Assembly: GCA_028279045.1 (NCBI GenBank)
Contig: JANQSZ010000021.1
Location: 11,303 to 43,302, forward strand
Length of the DNA: 32,000 nucleotides
DNA from: Candidatus Nanoarchaeia archaeon
GTDB taxonomy: Archaea > Nanobdellota > Nanobdellia > Woesearchaeales > UBA10216
Reading direction: 5' to 3'
Below, piece by piece: positions 23,781 through 32,000 of the stretch (position 1 is the stretch's first letter; the number at the start of each line of letters is the position of its first letter). Under the pieces are notes generated by a model. The model saw only the letters and a program-made list of their open reading frames with translations, was not told the DNA's origin and searched no databases. The translations under genes were made by a program, and so were the position numbers.

Positions 23781-25757
23781 ATGGTAGATGTTATGACAGC
23801 GATCGCATTGGTGGGCGGTTTAGCAGGTTTGATTTTTGCTATTTACTTAGTATTTAGCATCATGCGCCTTCCTGAAGGCTCAGCAAAGATGAAAGAAATT
23901 GCTGAAGCTATTCGACAGGGAGCAGCAGCATATCTGAATAGACAGTACAGAACTCTTGCAATTTTCGTAATTGCGTTAACAGTCCTAATCGGGTTCTTCA
24001 TCGACATAGCAACAAGTATTACGTTTGCAGTCGGTGCAGTTCTCTCTGCATTAGCAGGTTACATAGGTATGAATACTTCTGTAAGAGCAAATGTAAGAAC
24101 AGCTCAAGCAGCAACAAAAGGATTACGCCACGCGTTCCGAACAGCTTTCATGGGCGGCTCGGTAACTGGTTTCGCAGTTGTTGGTCTTGGCCTTGTTGGT
24201 GTAACATTATTGTTCATGTGGTACGAAGATCCTAAACTCCTTATCGGATTTGGCTTCGGTGCCAGCCTTATCAGTTTGTTCGCCCGAGTTGGTGGCGGTA
24301 TCTACACAAAGGGTGCAGATGTCGGTGCTGATCTTGTCGGAAAAGTAGAAAAGGGCATTCCTGAAGACGATCCACGTAACCCAGCTGTTATCGCTGACCA
24401 AGTCGGTGACAACGTAGGAGATTGCGCAGGTATGGCAGCAGACTTGTTCGAGTCTTATACCGTAACCTTAATCGCAACCATGTTACTTGGTATCGCATTA
24501 GGCCCAGAATATGTTCTCTTCCCGCTTGCAATTGCCGGTGTCGGTATTGTAGGAAGTATCGTAAGCACACTATTCGTATCAACCGCGAACAAGAACAAAG
24601 TGTGGTCTGTCCTCAATAGAGGAATCATGATCAGCGCATTGTTGAGCGCAATCGGTTTCTATTTCGTAACAACTAAGTTGTTCGACAGCATCGACTTGTT
24701 CCTTGCATCACTTGTCGGATTATTTGTTACAATCGCAATCGGTTGGATTACTGAATACTACACCGCAACGAACCGTAAGCCTGTACAACAAATTGCAGAA
24801 TCTGCAAAGACAGGCCCTGCAACGGTTATCATTTCCGGTATCTCAAAGGGCTTCCAAAGCACCTTTGTTCCGCTGCTAGTTATTGTAGCAGGTATTTTGA
24901 TATCATATCACTTCGGTGGTGTGTACGGTATTGCAGTTGCAGCAATGGCAATGTTGTCCATGTCAGGTATTATTGTAGCTGTCGATACGTTCGGCCCAAT
25001 TACCGATAATGCAGGTGGTATCGCAGAGATGGCAGAAATGCCATCAAAGGTTCGCGGTATTACAGATCCGTTGGATGCTGTTGGTAACACAACCAAAGCA
25101 GTTACCAAAGGTTTCGCAATCGGTTCTGCCGCATTGGCAGCACTATCGCTCTTCGTTGCGTACAGCGAAGAAATCGGTCTCGTAACAATCAACTTGCTTG
25201 ACGCTCGTGTTGTTGCTGGATTGTTCATCGGTGGTATGCTTCCGTTCATCTTCTCAGCGATGACAATGAACGCAGTGTCAAAAGCTGCATTTGCCATGGT
25301 TGAAGAAGTACGACGCCAGTTCAAGGACATCAAAGGTATCATGGAAGGGAAAGCAAAGCCTGACTATTCACGCTGTGTTGATATCAGCACAAAGTCAGCT
25401 ATTCGCGAATTGTTCCTTCCAGGAATCCTTGCAGTGTTCTCTCCTGTTATCGTTGGATTCGTCCTCGGAGCAGAAGCACTCGGCGGTTTACTTGCCGGTT
25501 CTATCGTTACTGGTTTACTTTTAGCAATTACCATGACCAACTCTGGTGGCGCATGGGACAACGCAAAGAAGTTCATCGAAGATGGTAACCTTGGCGGCAA
25601 AGGAAGCGAAGCACACAAAGCAGCTGTTGTAGGCGATACTGTTGGAGATCCGTTCAAGGATACATCAGGTCCTGCTATCAATCCGCTGATTAAGGTGCTG
25701 AACACCGTAGCGATTTTGATTGCAACGATGATTGTTTCATCTCCATTCCTGATATGA
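23781..25757 (+). CDS. hppA: Membrane-bound proton/sodium-translocating pyrophosphatase
   Basis: 658 aa, about 15 TM; [56 protein letters not shown] and [21 protein letters not shown] are diagnostic. Confidence 0.95.
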   Translation: MVDVMTAIALVGGLAGLIFAIYLVFSIMRLPEGSAKMKEIAEAIRQGAAAYLNRQYRTLAIFVIALTVLIGFFIDIATSITFAVGAVLSALAGYIGMNTSVRANVRTAQAATKGLRHAFRTAFMGGSVTGFAVVGLGLVGVTLLFMWYEDPKLLIGFGFGASLISLFARVGGGIYTKGADVGADLVGKVEKGIPEDDPRNPAVIADQVGDNVGDCAGMAADLFESYTVTLIATMLLGIALGPEYVLFPLAIAGVGIVGSIVSTLFVSTANKNKVWSVLNRGIMISALLSAIGFYFVTTKLFDSIDLFLASLVGLFVTIAIGWITEYYTATNRKPVQQIAESAKTGPATVIISGISKGFQSTFVPLLVIVAGILISYHFGGVYGIAVAAMAMLSMSGIIVAVDTFGPITDNAGGIAEMAEMPSKVRGITDPLDAVGNTTKAVTKGFAIGSAALAALSLFVAYSEEIGLVTINLLDARVVAGLFIGGMLPFIFSAMTMNAVSKAAFAMVEEVRRQFKDIKGIMEGKAKPDYSRCVDISTKSAIRELFLPGILAVFSPVIVGFVLGAEALGGLLAGSIVTGLLLAITMTNSGGAWDNAKKFIEDGNLGGKGSEAHKAAVVGDTVGDPFKDTSGPAINPLIKVLNTVAILIATMIVSSPFLI

Positions 25758-26407
25758 AACTTACATCGTTAAAGCTACCCGAAAAACTTTTTTCTTTACT
25801 TTCTTTTATTGATGAGCTGCGTCCAGCTCAGGAGAAATCTGTGGACGCCGGCTTGTTAGACGGTAAAAGCTTGCTCGTTACCACACCAACTTCTTCTGGA
25901 AAAACATTAATCGCAGAGCTTGCGATGATGAATGCAATCCTCAATAACAAAGGGAAAGCAGTCTACGTTGTCCCTCTAAGAGCATTAGCAGCAGAAAAGC
26001 ATCGTGATTTCCAAGAACGCTACAAATCAGTAGCCAAAGTCGCTCATTCCTCCGGCGATATCGACAGCACAGATTCTTATCTTGCCGATTACGACATCAT
26101 TGTGTGCACCGCAGAAAAACTCGATTCCTTAATCCGCCACCACGCTCCGTGGCTTTCCAGCTTAGCAGTGATTGTCGTCGATGAGGTTCACCTATTGAAC
26201 GACCCGTCTCGCGGCCCTACGCTAGAAATCTTACTAACAATGCTCCGCGAAATTGTTCCCAATGCACAGCTCCTTGCATTATCGGCCACCATAGGCAACC
26301 CAGAAGAGCTCGCAGAGTGGTTGCAAGCAGATCTTGTGCAAGATGACTGGCGTCCTGTTACTTTACACAAAGGAACGTACCGCGCAGGCGCTGTAGAATT
26401 TCACTAA
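25754..26407 (+). CDS. Hel308/Ski2-like superfamily-2 helicase, N-terminal RecA1 domain only (truncated or split gene)
   Basis: 217 aa; motif I TPTSSGKT, Ia [22 protein letters not shown], ending just after WRPVTL. No RecA2, winged-helix or ratchet domains, and the next 1.2 kb is ftsY on the other strand. Confidence 0.8.
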   Translation: MKLTSLKLPEKLFSLLSFIDELRPAQEKSVDAGLLDGKSLLVTTPTSSGKTLIAELAMMNAILNNKGKAVYVVPLRALAAEKHRDFQERYKSVAKVAHSSGDIDSTDSYLADYDIIVCTAEKLDSLIRHHAPWLSSLAVIVVDEVHLLNDPSRGPTLEILLTMLREIVPNAQLLALSATIGNPEELAEWLQADLVQDDWRPVTLHKGTYRAGAVEFH

Positions 26408-27645
26408 CTTTCCAACCCTAAAGATTCAAGTACAAATTCAGAATCAAACTGCTTCAAATCTCCGTATTCTTGCCCCATTCCAAGATACAGAATCGGCTTT
26501 CCAGTAATATAGCTAATAGAAATCGCAGCGCCTCCTTTCTCGTCGACATCAGCTTTCGTCAAGATAATGCCATCAATGCCCACCGCATTATTAAACTCGC
26601 GCGCTTGTTCAACACAATCATTTCCTGTAATACTTTCTCCAACAAACACAGTCAAGTCCGGCCTCGCCACACGAATAACTTTCCGCATTTCATCCATTAA
26701 GTTCTGATTGCTGTGGAGCCGTCCAGCAGTATCAACAAGTACAGCATCAATATTCTTCGACACTGCATATTGTACAGCGTCATACGCAACAGCTGCCGGA
26801 TCGCTTCCATAATCATGCTTAATCAACCGAACATTCAACGCATTTGCGTGCTCTTCAAGTTGGTGTATTGCCGCAGCTCTAAACGTATCGCCGGCAGCCA
26901 TAACACAACTCAAATCATTATCCTGCAACAACTTAGCAACTTTCGCTATCGTCGTTGTTTTACCAGACCCATTAATACCGGCAAACACAATAACATACGG
27001 CTTCTTATCCTTTACAGCAGCCACGATATCAACAGGCTTCGTCGTAAACAAGTCACTCACACTAGTTCGCAACGCTTCAGTAATCTTTTCTGCAATCTTT
27101 CCTCGCGGCAACGGATTGCCAACAAGTTGTTCTTGCAATGATTCTTTGATCTTCTCAATAACTTCTACCGCTACCCCGTTTTCAAGTAGCACAACTTCCA
27201 ACTCCCAGAAGAGTTTCTCAAATTTCTCTTCAGTAAGCTCTGTTGTCGTTACGCCAGAACTAACTTTCTCCGCAACACGTCCAAAGAATCCTTTCTTTTC
27301 TTTCTTCTCAATAATTTCTTCAACAAAAGGTTCAACTTTAGCTTCTTCAACAGGTTCTGCTGCAGGAACTTCGACCGGTTCAGGTTCTTCAGGTGCTTCT
27401 TCAACTTTCGGTTCTTCAGCAACTTCAGGTTCCTCGACGGAAACTTCGGGTTCTTCAACTTCATCAGCCTCTTCTACTTCCGGCTCTTCCGTTTCAACCT
27501 TCGGCTCCTCAACTTCAACAGGAGTTTCAACTGCTTCTTTTACTTCTTGCTCAACCTCAGGCGCTTCCTTTTTTGCCTCTTCTTCTACTTCTTCAGCAGC
27601 TCCAGAGATCGCGTCCTTGAGTTTTTTCTTGAGAAATTTAAACAT
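26404..27645 (-). CDS. ftsY: Signal recognition particle receptor FtsY
   Basis: 413 aa; acidic N-terminal region, then the NG domain with GINGSGKTTTIAK, DTAGR and TKADVDEKGG. Confidence 0.9.
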   Translation of the reverse strand: MFKFLKKKLKDAISGAAEEVEEEAKKEAPEVEQEVKEAVETPVEVEEPKVETEEPEVEEADEVEEPEVSVEEPEVAEEPKVEEAPEEPEPVEVPAAEPVEEAKVEPFVEEIIEKKEKKGFFGRVAEKVSSGVTTTELTEEKFEKLFWELEVVLLENGVAVEVIEKIKESLQEQLVGNPLPRGKIAEKITEALRTSVSDLFTTKPVDIVAAVKDKKPYVIVFAGINGSGKTTTIAKVAKLLQDNDLSCVMAAGDTFRAAAIHQLEEHANALNVRLIKHDYGSDPAAVAYDAVQYAVSKNIDAVLVDTAGRLHSNQNLMDEMRKVIRVARPDLTVFVGESITGNDCVEQAREFNNAVGIDGIILTKADVDEKGGAAISISYITGKPILYLGMGQEYGDLKQFDSEFVLESLGLES

Positions 27646-27647
27646 GG

Positions 27648-28049
27648 TTACTTTGCTTGCTCCATCTCGCCTTCAATTTCTTTCCCGCGGTTTCGGAGTT
27701 CTTCGATTTTCTTGTTGATCTCGTCAACAGCAGTGTTCATGTCCACAGATCGTTCGTCTAACATCGTTTTCGTTTCGTCAAACGTCTTCTCGACCATGAC
27801 ATCAGCACCGACATTCACAATTAAACTCTCTTTATTAGAGATCGTCCCTTTTGCAAAGATACCATCGCTAATCGGCAACAATACATCGCCACCATCATTC
27901 TTTTTAACGTCGTCTATTCCTTGTTTCAGCACACTAATTTGATTAATCCGGTCTTGAAACATTTCAACTTGCTGTTGCAACTGTCCGAGCTGCTGCGCAA
28001 GAAATTGCATTTCCATCATAAGTTCTCGTAGTTTGTCTTCGTCTGTCAT
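27648..28049 (-). CDS. pfdA: Prefoldin alpha subunit
   Basis: 133 aa; coiled coil / beta hairpins (LLPISDGIFAKGTISNKESLIVNVGADVMVEKT) / coiled coil. It sits in the usual position upstream of ftsY. Confidence 0.8.
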   Translation of the reverse strand: MTDEDKLRELMMEMQFLAQQLGQLQQQVEMFQDRINQISVLKQGIDDVKKNDGGDVLLPISDGIFAKGTISNKESLIVNVGADVMVEKTFDETKTMLDERSVDMNTAVDEINKKIEELRNRGKEIEGEMEQAK

Positions 28050-29002
28050 CTGTTTGTCCTGTATACTTCTAATGATGATTTGCCGACAATTCGTTGTATT
28101 GCATCTGCCAACATGTCAGCTACCGTCAATACCTTAATGCGATCAAACATCCGATCTGCAGGGATCGGAATAGTGTCGGTAACAACTAATTCTTCTATCT
28201 GTGAATTCCGTAATCGTTCTGGTGCCGGCGGTGTTAAGAGCGGGTGCGTAATCGCAATCCGAACCGAATTTGCTTCATGCCCGTGCAATGCCTTAACTGC
28301 TTCCACCATCGTACCTCCAGTATCAATGAAGTCATCAATAAGAACAGCGTGCATATCTGTAACGAGTCCAACAACATTCATGGACTGCGCTTTGGAGTAA
28401 TCTTTACGATGCTTGTCAATAATCGCTAAGCGCCGTGCTTCCATTGCATTTGCTAAGTTCCGTGCTCGCTTCGTTCCGCCAGCATCTGGCGCAACAACAG
28501 CAACGTCTCCAATGTTTTCTTTCAAAAAGTAATCTGCAAATAATTGCACTGATGTCAAATTATCAACAGGAATGCTAAAGAATCCTTCGATTTGTGTTGC
28601 ATGTAAATCAATCGTAATCAAGTGCTCCACACCAACAGTTTCCAACATGTTCGCAACAACCTTGGCACTAATCGGCTCCCGTCCTGTCTTTTTCTTGTCT
28701 TGTTTAGAATATCCAAAGTAGGGAATAATTGCAACAATAGAATGTGCATTCGCTCTCTTTAACGCATCTACCATCAGCATGAGTTCCATCAAGTTCTGAT
28801 CAACAGGGGGACACGTACTCTGTACAATGAAGCAATCCTCTCCGCGCACCGATTCAAGAATTTCAACCATGGCTTCTCCGTTTGGAAAACGCCCTGTTTT
28901 TGCTTGCGCTACAGGAATGTCGAGCTTCTGACAGATCTTCTCAGTCAGTTCTTGACTTGCAGAACCAGAGAAGATCTTAATACCGTGTTCAGCTATATTC
29001 AT
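28046..29002 (-). CDS. prs: Ribose-phosphate pyrophosphokinase (PRPP synthase)
   Basis: IFSGSASQELTEKI, RFPNGE, PYFGYSKQDKK, VVAPDAGG and DDFIDTGGT motifs. ORF 28046..29014 starts with TTG; the ATG at 29002 sits about 27 nt downstream of GTTTAAATAGG. Confidence 0.9.
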   Translation of the reverse strand: MNIAEHGIKIFSGSASQELTEKICQKLDIPVAQAKTGRFPNGEAMVEILESVRGEDCFIVQSTCPPVDQNLMELMLMVDALKRANAHSIVAIIPYFGYSKQDKKKTGREPISAKVVANMLETVGVEHLITIDLHATQIEGFFSIPVDNLTSVQLFADYFLKENIGDVAVVAPDAGGTKRARNLANAMEARRLAIIDKHRKDYSKAQSMNVVGLVTDMHAVLIDDFIDTGGTMVEAVKALHGHEANSVRIAITHPLLTPPAPERLRNSQIEELVVTDTIPIPADRMFDRIKVLTVADMLADAIQRIVGKSSLEVYRTNR

Positions 29003-29033
29003 AGAAATTGGCAATAATTGAGCCTATTTAAAC

Positions 29034-29855
29034 CTATTCTTGCTTCTCAGCTTCGTCCGCATCCTCGAACTCAGCGTCCTCAGCATCTTCTGGGTTCTCA
29101 GCTTCTTCCTTAGCAACCTTGATCGCTTTGCTCGGGTCTCCTTTGGTAATCGTTATTCTCCCAAAAGGCTCATCCTGGTGTAGGTCAATCTCACGTTGGT
29201 CAATATTCGCTAAGTGCAACGCTGATATGAATGTGTAGAATTTTTCTTCTCGTGTTTTATTTCGCAGCACTTCATTGAATTCAATTTTCCCTTTACCGCG
29301 ATTAAACACACCCATCAATCGTCCAAACAATCCGGTCATGAATTCATGAATGTCAATAGTTTTTCTGGGATGCTGAATATCGGTTACAGGCAAGTTCCGC
29401 AACGTTCTTCTTTCTTTAACTTCCAACGCTTTATTCAGCGCCGTAACCAAATCGTAAATCGAAACTTTTCTTTTCCGCGGTTGCGGTGTCCTCGGCACTA
29501 ACGGCTGCGAGTCATTCGGCGGTCGTTCTTTCAACCGTTCAATTTCTAATTCATCATAGAATCCTTCGATGTCATCATCCTGCGGGTTCATCAACCGATC
29601 AAGTTCATCAATCTCTTCCCCCAACAATCTGTTTGACTTCAGCTTCAACAAGATTGCAGCAGCAAGCACAACTTTCCCGCTAATCCGAAAGTCAAGCTCT
29701 TTCATCTTCTTGACCATTTCAATATACTTCTTCGCAAGCAACGACACGTCAAGATCCCACGGATCCATCTTCTCTTCCTTTACCAAGTTCGTTAGAAGCT
29801 CCTGCCACGTGACTTCATCGCCCTCAAGCAGGATTTTGAATATCTGGTCGACCAT
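29034..29855 (-). CDS. scpA: Segregation and condensation protein A (kleisin)
   Basis: 273 aa; DPWDLDVSLLAKKYIEMVKKMKELDFRISGKVVLAAAILLKLKS is the ScpA N-terminal signature. Acidic C-terminal tail. Confidence 0.75.
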   Translation of the reverse strand: MVDQIFKILLEGDEVTWQELLTNLVKEEKMDPWDLDVSLLAKKYIEMVKKMKELDFRISGKVVLAAAILLKLKSNRLLGEEIDELDRLMNPQDDDIEGFYDELEIERLKERPPNDSQPLVPRTPQPRKRKVSIYDLVTALNKALEVKERRTLRNLPVTDIQHPRKTIDIHEFMTGLFGRLMGVFNRGKGKIEFNEVLRNKTREEKFYTFISALHLANIDQREIDLHQDEPFGRITITKGDPSKAIKVAKEEAENPEDAEDAEFEDADEAEKQE

Positions 29856-29890
29856 AGATTACCTATTAAAATCTGAATTTATAAACCTAT

Positions 29891-29913
29891 CCACCCATAA
29901 CCTTTTTAAATAC
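29891..29913 (+). promoter_or_regulatory. Conserved BRE/TATA promoter element (copy 3, tRNA-Val)
   Basis: CCACCCATAACCTTTTTAAATAC ends about 22 nt before the tRNA 5' end. Confidence 0.65.
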
Positions 29914-29934
29914 CTCAAGAGTCAATACCTTCAC

Positions 29935-30008
29935 GGGCCCATAGTCTAGTGGTTTATGACGCCACCCTTACAAGGTGGATGTCCCCAGTTCGAATCTGGG
30001 TGGGCCCA
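29935..30008 (+). tRNA. tRNA-Val(UAC)
   Basis: GGGCCCA/TA/GTCT-AGTGGTTTA-TGAC/G/CCACC-CTTACAA-GGTGG/ATGTC/CCCAG-TTCGAAT-CTGGG/TGGGCCC/A; a canonical cloverleaf. Confidence 0.9.
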
Positions 30009-30052
30009 TTCTTCTTTTCGTTGATCTCACACGTTAGCGGGAGGTGGGAATC

Positions 30053-30074
30053 GGTGGGCCCGTTCTTCCTTTTG
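30053..30074 (+). repeat. Near-duplicate of the tRNA-Val 3' end plus T-rich trailer
   Basis: GGTGGGCCCGTTCTTCCTTTTG versus GGTGGGCCCATTCTTCTTTTCG at 29999-30020 (19 of 22 identical by hand alignment). Confidence 0.7.
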
Positions 30075-30111
30075 TGCAAATCTTTTAATACCCACACAAC
30101 AAAGTATCTCT

Positions 30112-30348
30112 ATGCCCGCAGACATTCAAGGCTGGAAATGGATTTTTTACGTTTGGGGTTGGTTAACAGGAGCTCTCAACTTAACGTTCTGGCTTATGCA
30201 AGTGATTTTCTATTTCATCACAGACAAAGGCAAACCATTTTTCAACGACAACTTTCACAAGCGCGTTTTCTGGTGGGGTGTGTTCACCGCAACTCTCTGG
30301 ACAGTTTCCTTAGTCGCGTTCTGGATCATGACTGCGCTCGGGTACTAG
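30112..30348 (+). CDS. Small Trp-rich membrane protein (2 TM), hypothetical
   Basis: 78 aa; two hydrophobic helices. TATA-like TCTTTTAATACCC about 20 nt upstream. Confidence 0.45.
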   Translation: MPADIQGWKWIFYVWGWLTGALNLTFWLMQVIFYFITDKGKPFFNDNFHKRVFWWGVFTATLWTVSLVAFWIMTALGY

Positions 30349-30734
30349 AGCACAAGAATTAGTATCATCAAGAATATCGTAACGTAATCTGTCCACAGTG
30401 TTTTCTTGTCAACTGGCATTGCAAGTTTTGTTCCGTAGCAAACACACTGCACAACTATTTTCCTGTTCAACACCCGTAGTATCCCAACCGTACCGATGGC
30501 AGTAAACACTAGCGTCCAGAACGCAGGTACACGAACATCGGGATGAAACAAAAATCCTACACCTAAAAGAAATTCTATTGCAGGATACACGTAGCCATAC
30601 CAAGAAATCCGTGCAGCAACAACATCATATTGCCGAAACTGCTTCACAAACCCTTTCAGATCTGGAAGTTTCAACAATGCTATTGCAATAAGTATAACAC
30701 CAAAGACAAGTCCGATTACATCAGCAATAATCAT
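30345..30734 (-). CDS. MauE/DoxX-like membrane protein
   Basis: 129 aa, 4 TM, with a cysteine pair (QCVCYG) in a position reminiscent of MauE-family proteins. ATGA overlap with the upstream oxidoreductase. Confidence 0.5.
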   Translation of the reverse strand: MIIADVIGLVFGVILIAIALLKLPDLKGFVKQFRQYDVVAARISWYGYVYPAIEFLLGVGFLFHPDVRVPAFWTLVFTAIGTVGILRVLNRKIVVQCVCYGTKLAMPVDKKTLWTDYVTIFLMILILVL

Positions 30735-32000
30735 TCTATGTTGAAGAACGCTCGCTGCACAACTTCATTTAATGCAGGGTGAATGTGCACTGTTCTCCTA
30801 ATTGGCGACAGCGTTCCTTCGGTTCGCATCGCAACTAACACTTCATGAATCAACGTGCTCGCATCTTTTCCCATGATATGACAACCAAGAATTTTATTCG
30901 TTTTCGGATCCACAAGTACTTTCACAAATCCGTCCTGCTCGTCAATAGCAGCGCCCATACCAGTATGAATATACTCGTACCGTCCAACGCTATACTTAAT
31001 CTTCTTCTCTACGAGTTGTTCTTCTGTCATTCCCACGCCAGCAATTTGCGGCGAGCTGAACACAGCGTGTGGCATTGCATCATAATTGACTTTTGACTTC
31101 TTTTTACTAAACAAATTATGAGAAACGTACTGCGCTTCTAGATTGGCAGAGTGTTTAAACAAGTACACGCCTGCAATATCTCCCAAAGCGTAAACATTTT
31201 TCTGCGACGTTTCCATGTATTCATCCACTTCGATAAAACCGCGCTTACTCATTTTAACTGCAGTCTTCCCAACTTCAAGAATATCAGTATTCGGTACACG
31301 ACCCGTCGCCACTAACAATTGATCGCCCGTAACCTTCTTCTTACCGGCGTGCACAACAAAGTTCTTTCCTTTCTTCTCAACTTTATTAACGCTCGCTTCG
31401 GTAATCACTTCATACTTTTTAGAAAACGCTTTCGTAAACGCTTCTGCAACTTCTCCATCTTCTCGAGGAATCATAAACTTGTCCCGTTGGAAAATAGTAA
31501 TCTTCGTTCCCATCATTCCGTAGAAGTGTGCCATTTCTGCAGCAATGTACCCGCCGCCAATAATGATCAAGTGCTTCGGCTGATTCTTCAACCGCAATGC
31601 TTCCGTGCTCGTAATATATCCAGAACTTTCCAATCCTTCAACAGGTGGAATGAATTCCCGCGTTCCTGCTGCAATAACAATTTTCTTTCCTTTTATTTTC
31701 TGCTTGTTCACTTCTAAAGTATAATCCCCAGTAAAGCGTGCAGTTCCTTTAAACAACGTGATGTTCTTATCCTTCATCAGTGCATCTTCAATGTCTTTCG
31801 CATCTTTGTCAACAATTGAAGACACTCTTTTTGTGATTGCAGCAAAATTAGTTTTCGCTCCTGAAACTTTTATGCCAAATTTCTCAGCATTTTGAATTGT
31901 TTCCATGACATCTGCAGAATGAATAACCATCTTTGATGGAATGCAGCCGCGATTCAGACACGTACCTCCCATAGGACCTGCTTCAATAACCGCCACTTTC
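30731..32000 (-). CDS. Class I pyridine nucleotide-disulfide oxidoreductase (dihydrolipoamide dehydrogenase / glutathione reductase family), N-terminus outside window
   Basis: Redox-active GGTCLNRGCIPSK, NAD-binding IIIGGGYIAAEMA, GDIAG, and a C-terminal dimerisation domain with HIHPALNE. The frame is still open at the window edge. Confidence 0.85.
   Translation of the reverse strand, partial: KVAVIEAGPMGGTCLNRGCIPSKMVIHSADVMETIQNAEKFGIKVSGAKTNFAAITKRVSSIVDKDAKDIEDALMKDKNITLFKGTARFTGDYTLEVNKQKIKGKKIVIAAGTREFIPPVEGLESSGYITSTEALRLKNQPKHLIIIGGGYIAAEMAHFYGMMGTKITIFQRDKFMIPREDGEVAEAFTKAFSKKYEVITEASVNKVEKKGKNFVVHAGKKKVTGDQLLVATGRVPNTDILEVGKTAVKMSKRGFIEVDEYMETSQKNVYALGDIAGVYLFKHSANLEAQYVSHNLFSKKKSKVNYDAMPHAVFSSPQIAGVGMTEEQLVEKKIKYSVGRYEYIHTGMGAAIDEQDGFVKVLVDPKTNKILGCHIMGKDASTLIHEVLVAMRTEGTLSPIRRTVHIHPALNEVVQRAFFNIE

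Noticed and set aside
24908-25705. 144-aa and 113-aa minus-strand ORFs inside hppA
   Set aside because: They are antisense to a diagnostic, full-length membrane pyrophosphatase ORF.
27116-27718. 200-aa Ser/Thr-rich + strand ORF, and apparent short tandem periodicity (GAAGAACC/GAGGTT-like units) at about 27290-27560 that could be mistaken for a repeat array
   Set aside because: The periodic sequence encodes the acidic EEPEVE-type N-terminal region of FtsY on the minus strand. The + strand ORF is its mirror. There is no spacer/repeat organisation as in CRISPR.
1-32000. Searched by eye for CRISPR arrays, cas genes, integrase/transposase/recombinase motifs, toxin-antitoxin pairs, restriction-modification motifs and rRNA
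   Set aside because: None found: no regularly spaced direct repeats, no DDE/tyrosine-recombinase/HUH signatures, and no DPPY/NPPY or PD-(D/E)xK contexts that I could recognise. Absence is by inspection only, not by HMM search.

Overview
The window is a compact, gene-dense archaeal chromosome segment with no rRNA, CRISPR array, transposase or integrase. The archaeal assignment rests on r-proteins L31e, L39e, S19e, L44e and S27e, plus aIF2-alpha, Nop10, Cbf5, prefoldin-alpha, GINS, PAC2, an S-layer-type surface protein and BRE/TATA promoters. Many genes overlap by 1-4 nt (ATGA/TAATG junctions). Operon-first genes carry a TATA box about 20-25 nt upstream of the ATG, which suggests leaderless mRNAs. 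A small-genome, DPANN-like uncultivated lineage is my inference only. All family calls come from motifs read by eye in the supplied translations; no search was run.

Contents from left to right:
- DNA-repair trio: Tag, a His-rich membrane protein and a T4-endoV-like pyrimidine-dimer glycosylase.
- NUDIX hydrolase.
- Membrane-tethered ArsR-type regulator plus a secreted beta-propeller lipoprotein.
- HAD and CYTH proteins.
- A complex tRNA-Leu(CAG) locus.
- LMW-PTP.
- An AT-rich islet of membrane proteins.
- DUF357-cbf5-rpl31e-rpl39e-PDCD5-like-rps19e.
- tRNA-Leu(UAG).
- A large S-layer-like protein.
- Radical SAM protein and GINS.
- A block of uncharacterised genes.
- rpl44e / orphan / rps27e-eif2a-nop10-PAC2-hppA, followed by a truncated Hel308-like helicase.
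- ftsY-pfdA-prs-scpA.
- tRNA-Val(UAC).
- A disulfide oxidoreductase / MauE-like pair.

Most worth a second look:
- (i) The tRNA-Leu(CAG) locus: an intact-looking gene carries an insertion at its T-loop, and it sits beside an orphan 5' tRNA body and decayed fragments.
- (ii) The unannotatable block at 18.0-21.0 kb, and the orphan gene that splits the conserved rpl44e-rps27e pair, flanked by copies of one promoter element.
- (iii) The helicase reduced to its RecA1 domain.
- (iv) The 149-nt out-of-frame rps19e/PDCD5-like overlap.
- (v) The duplicated tRNA-Val 3' end.

I cannot name a function for the orphan block, and I did not find a recognisable defence, mobile or biosynthetic system.
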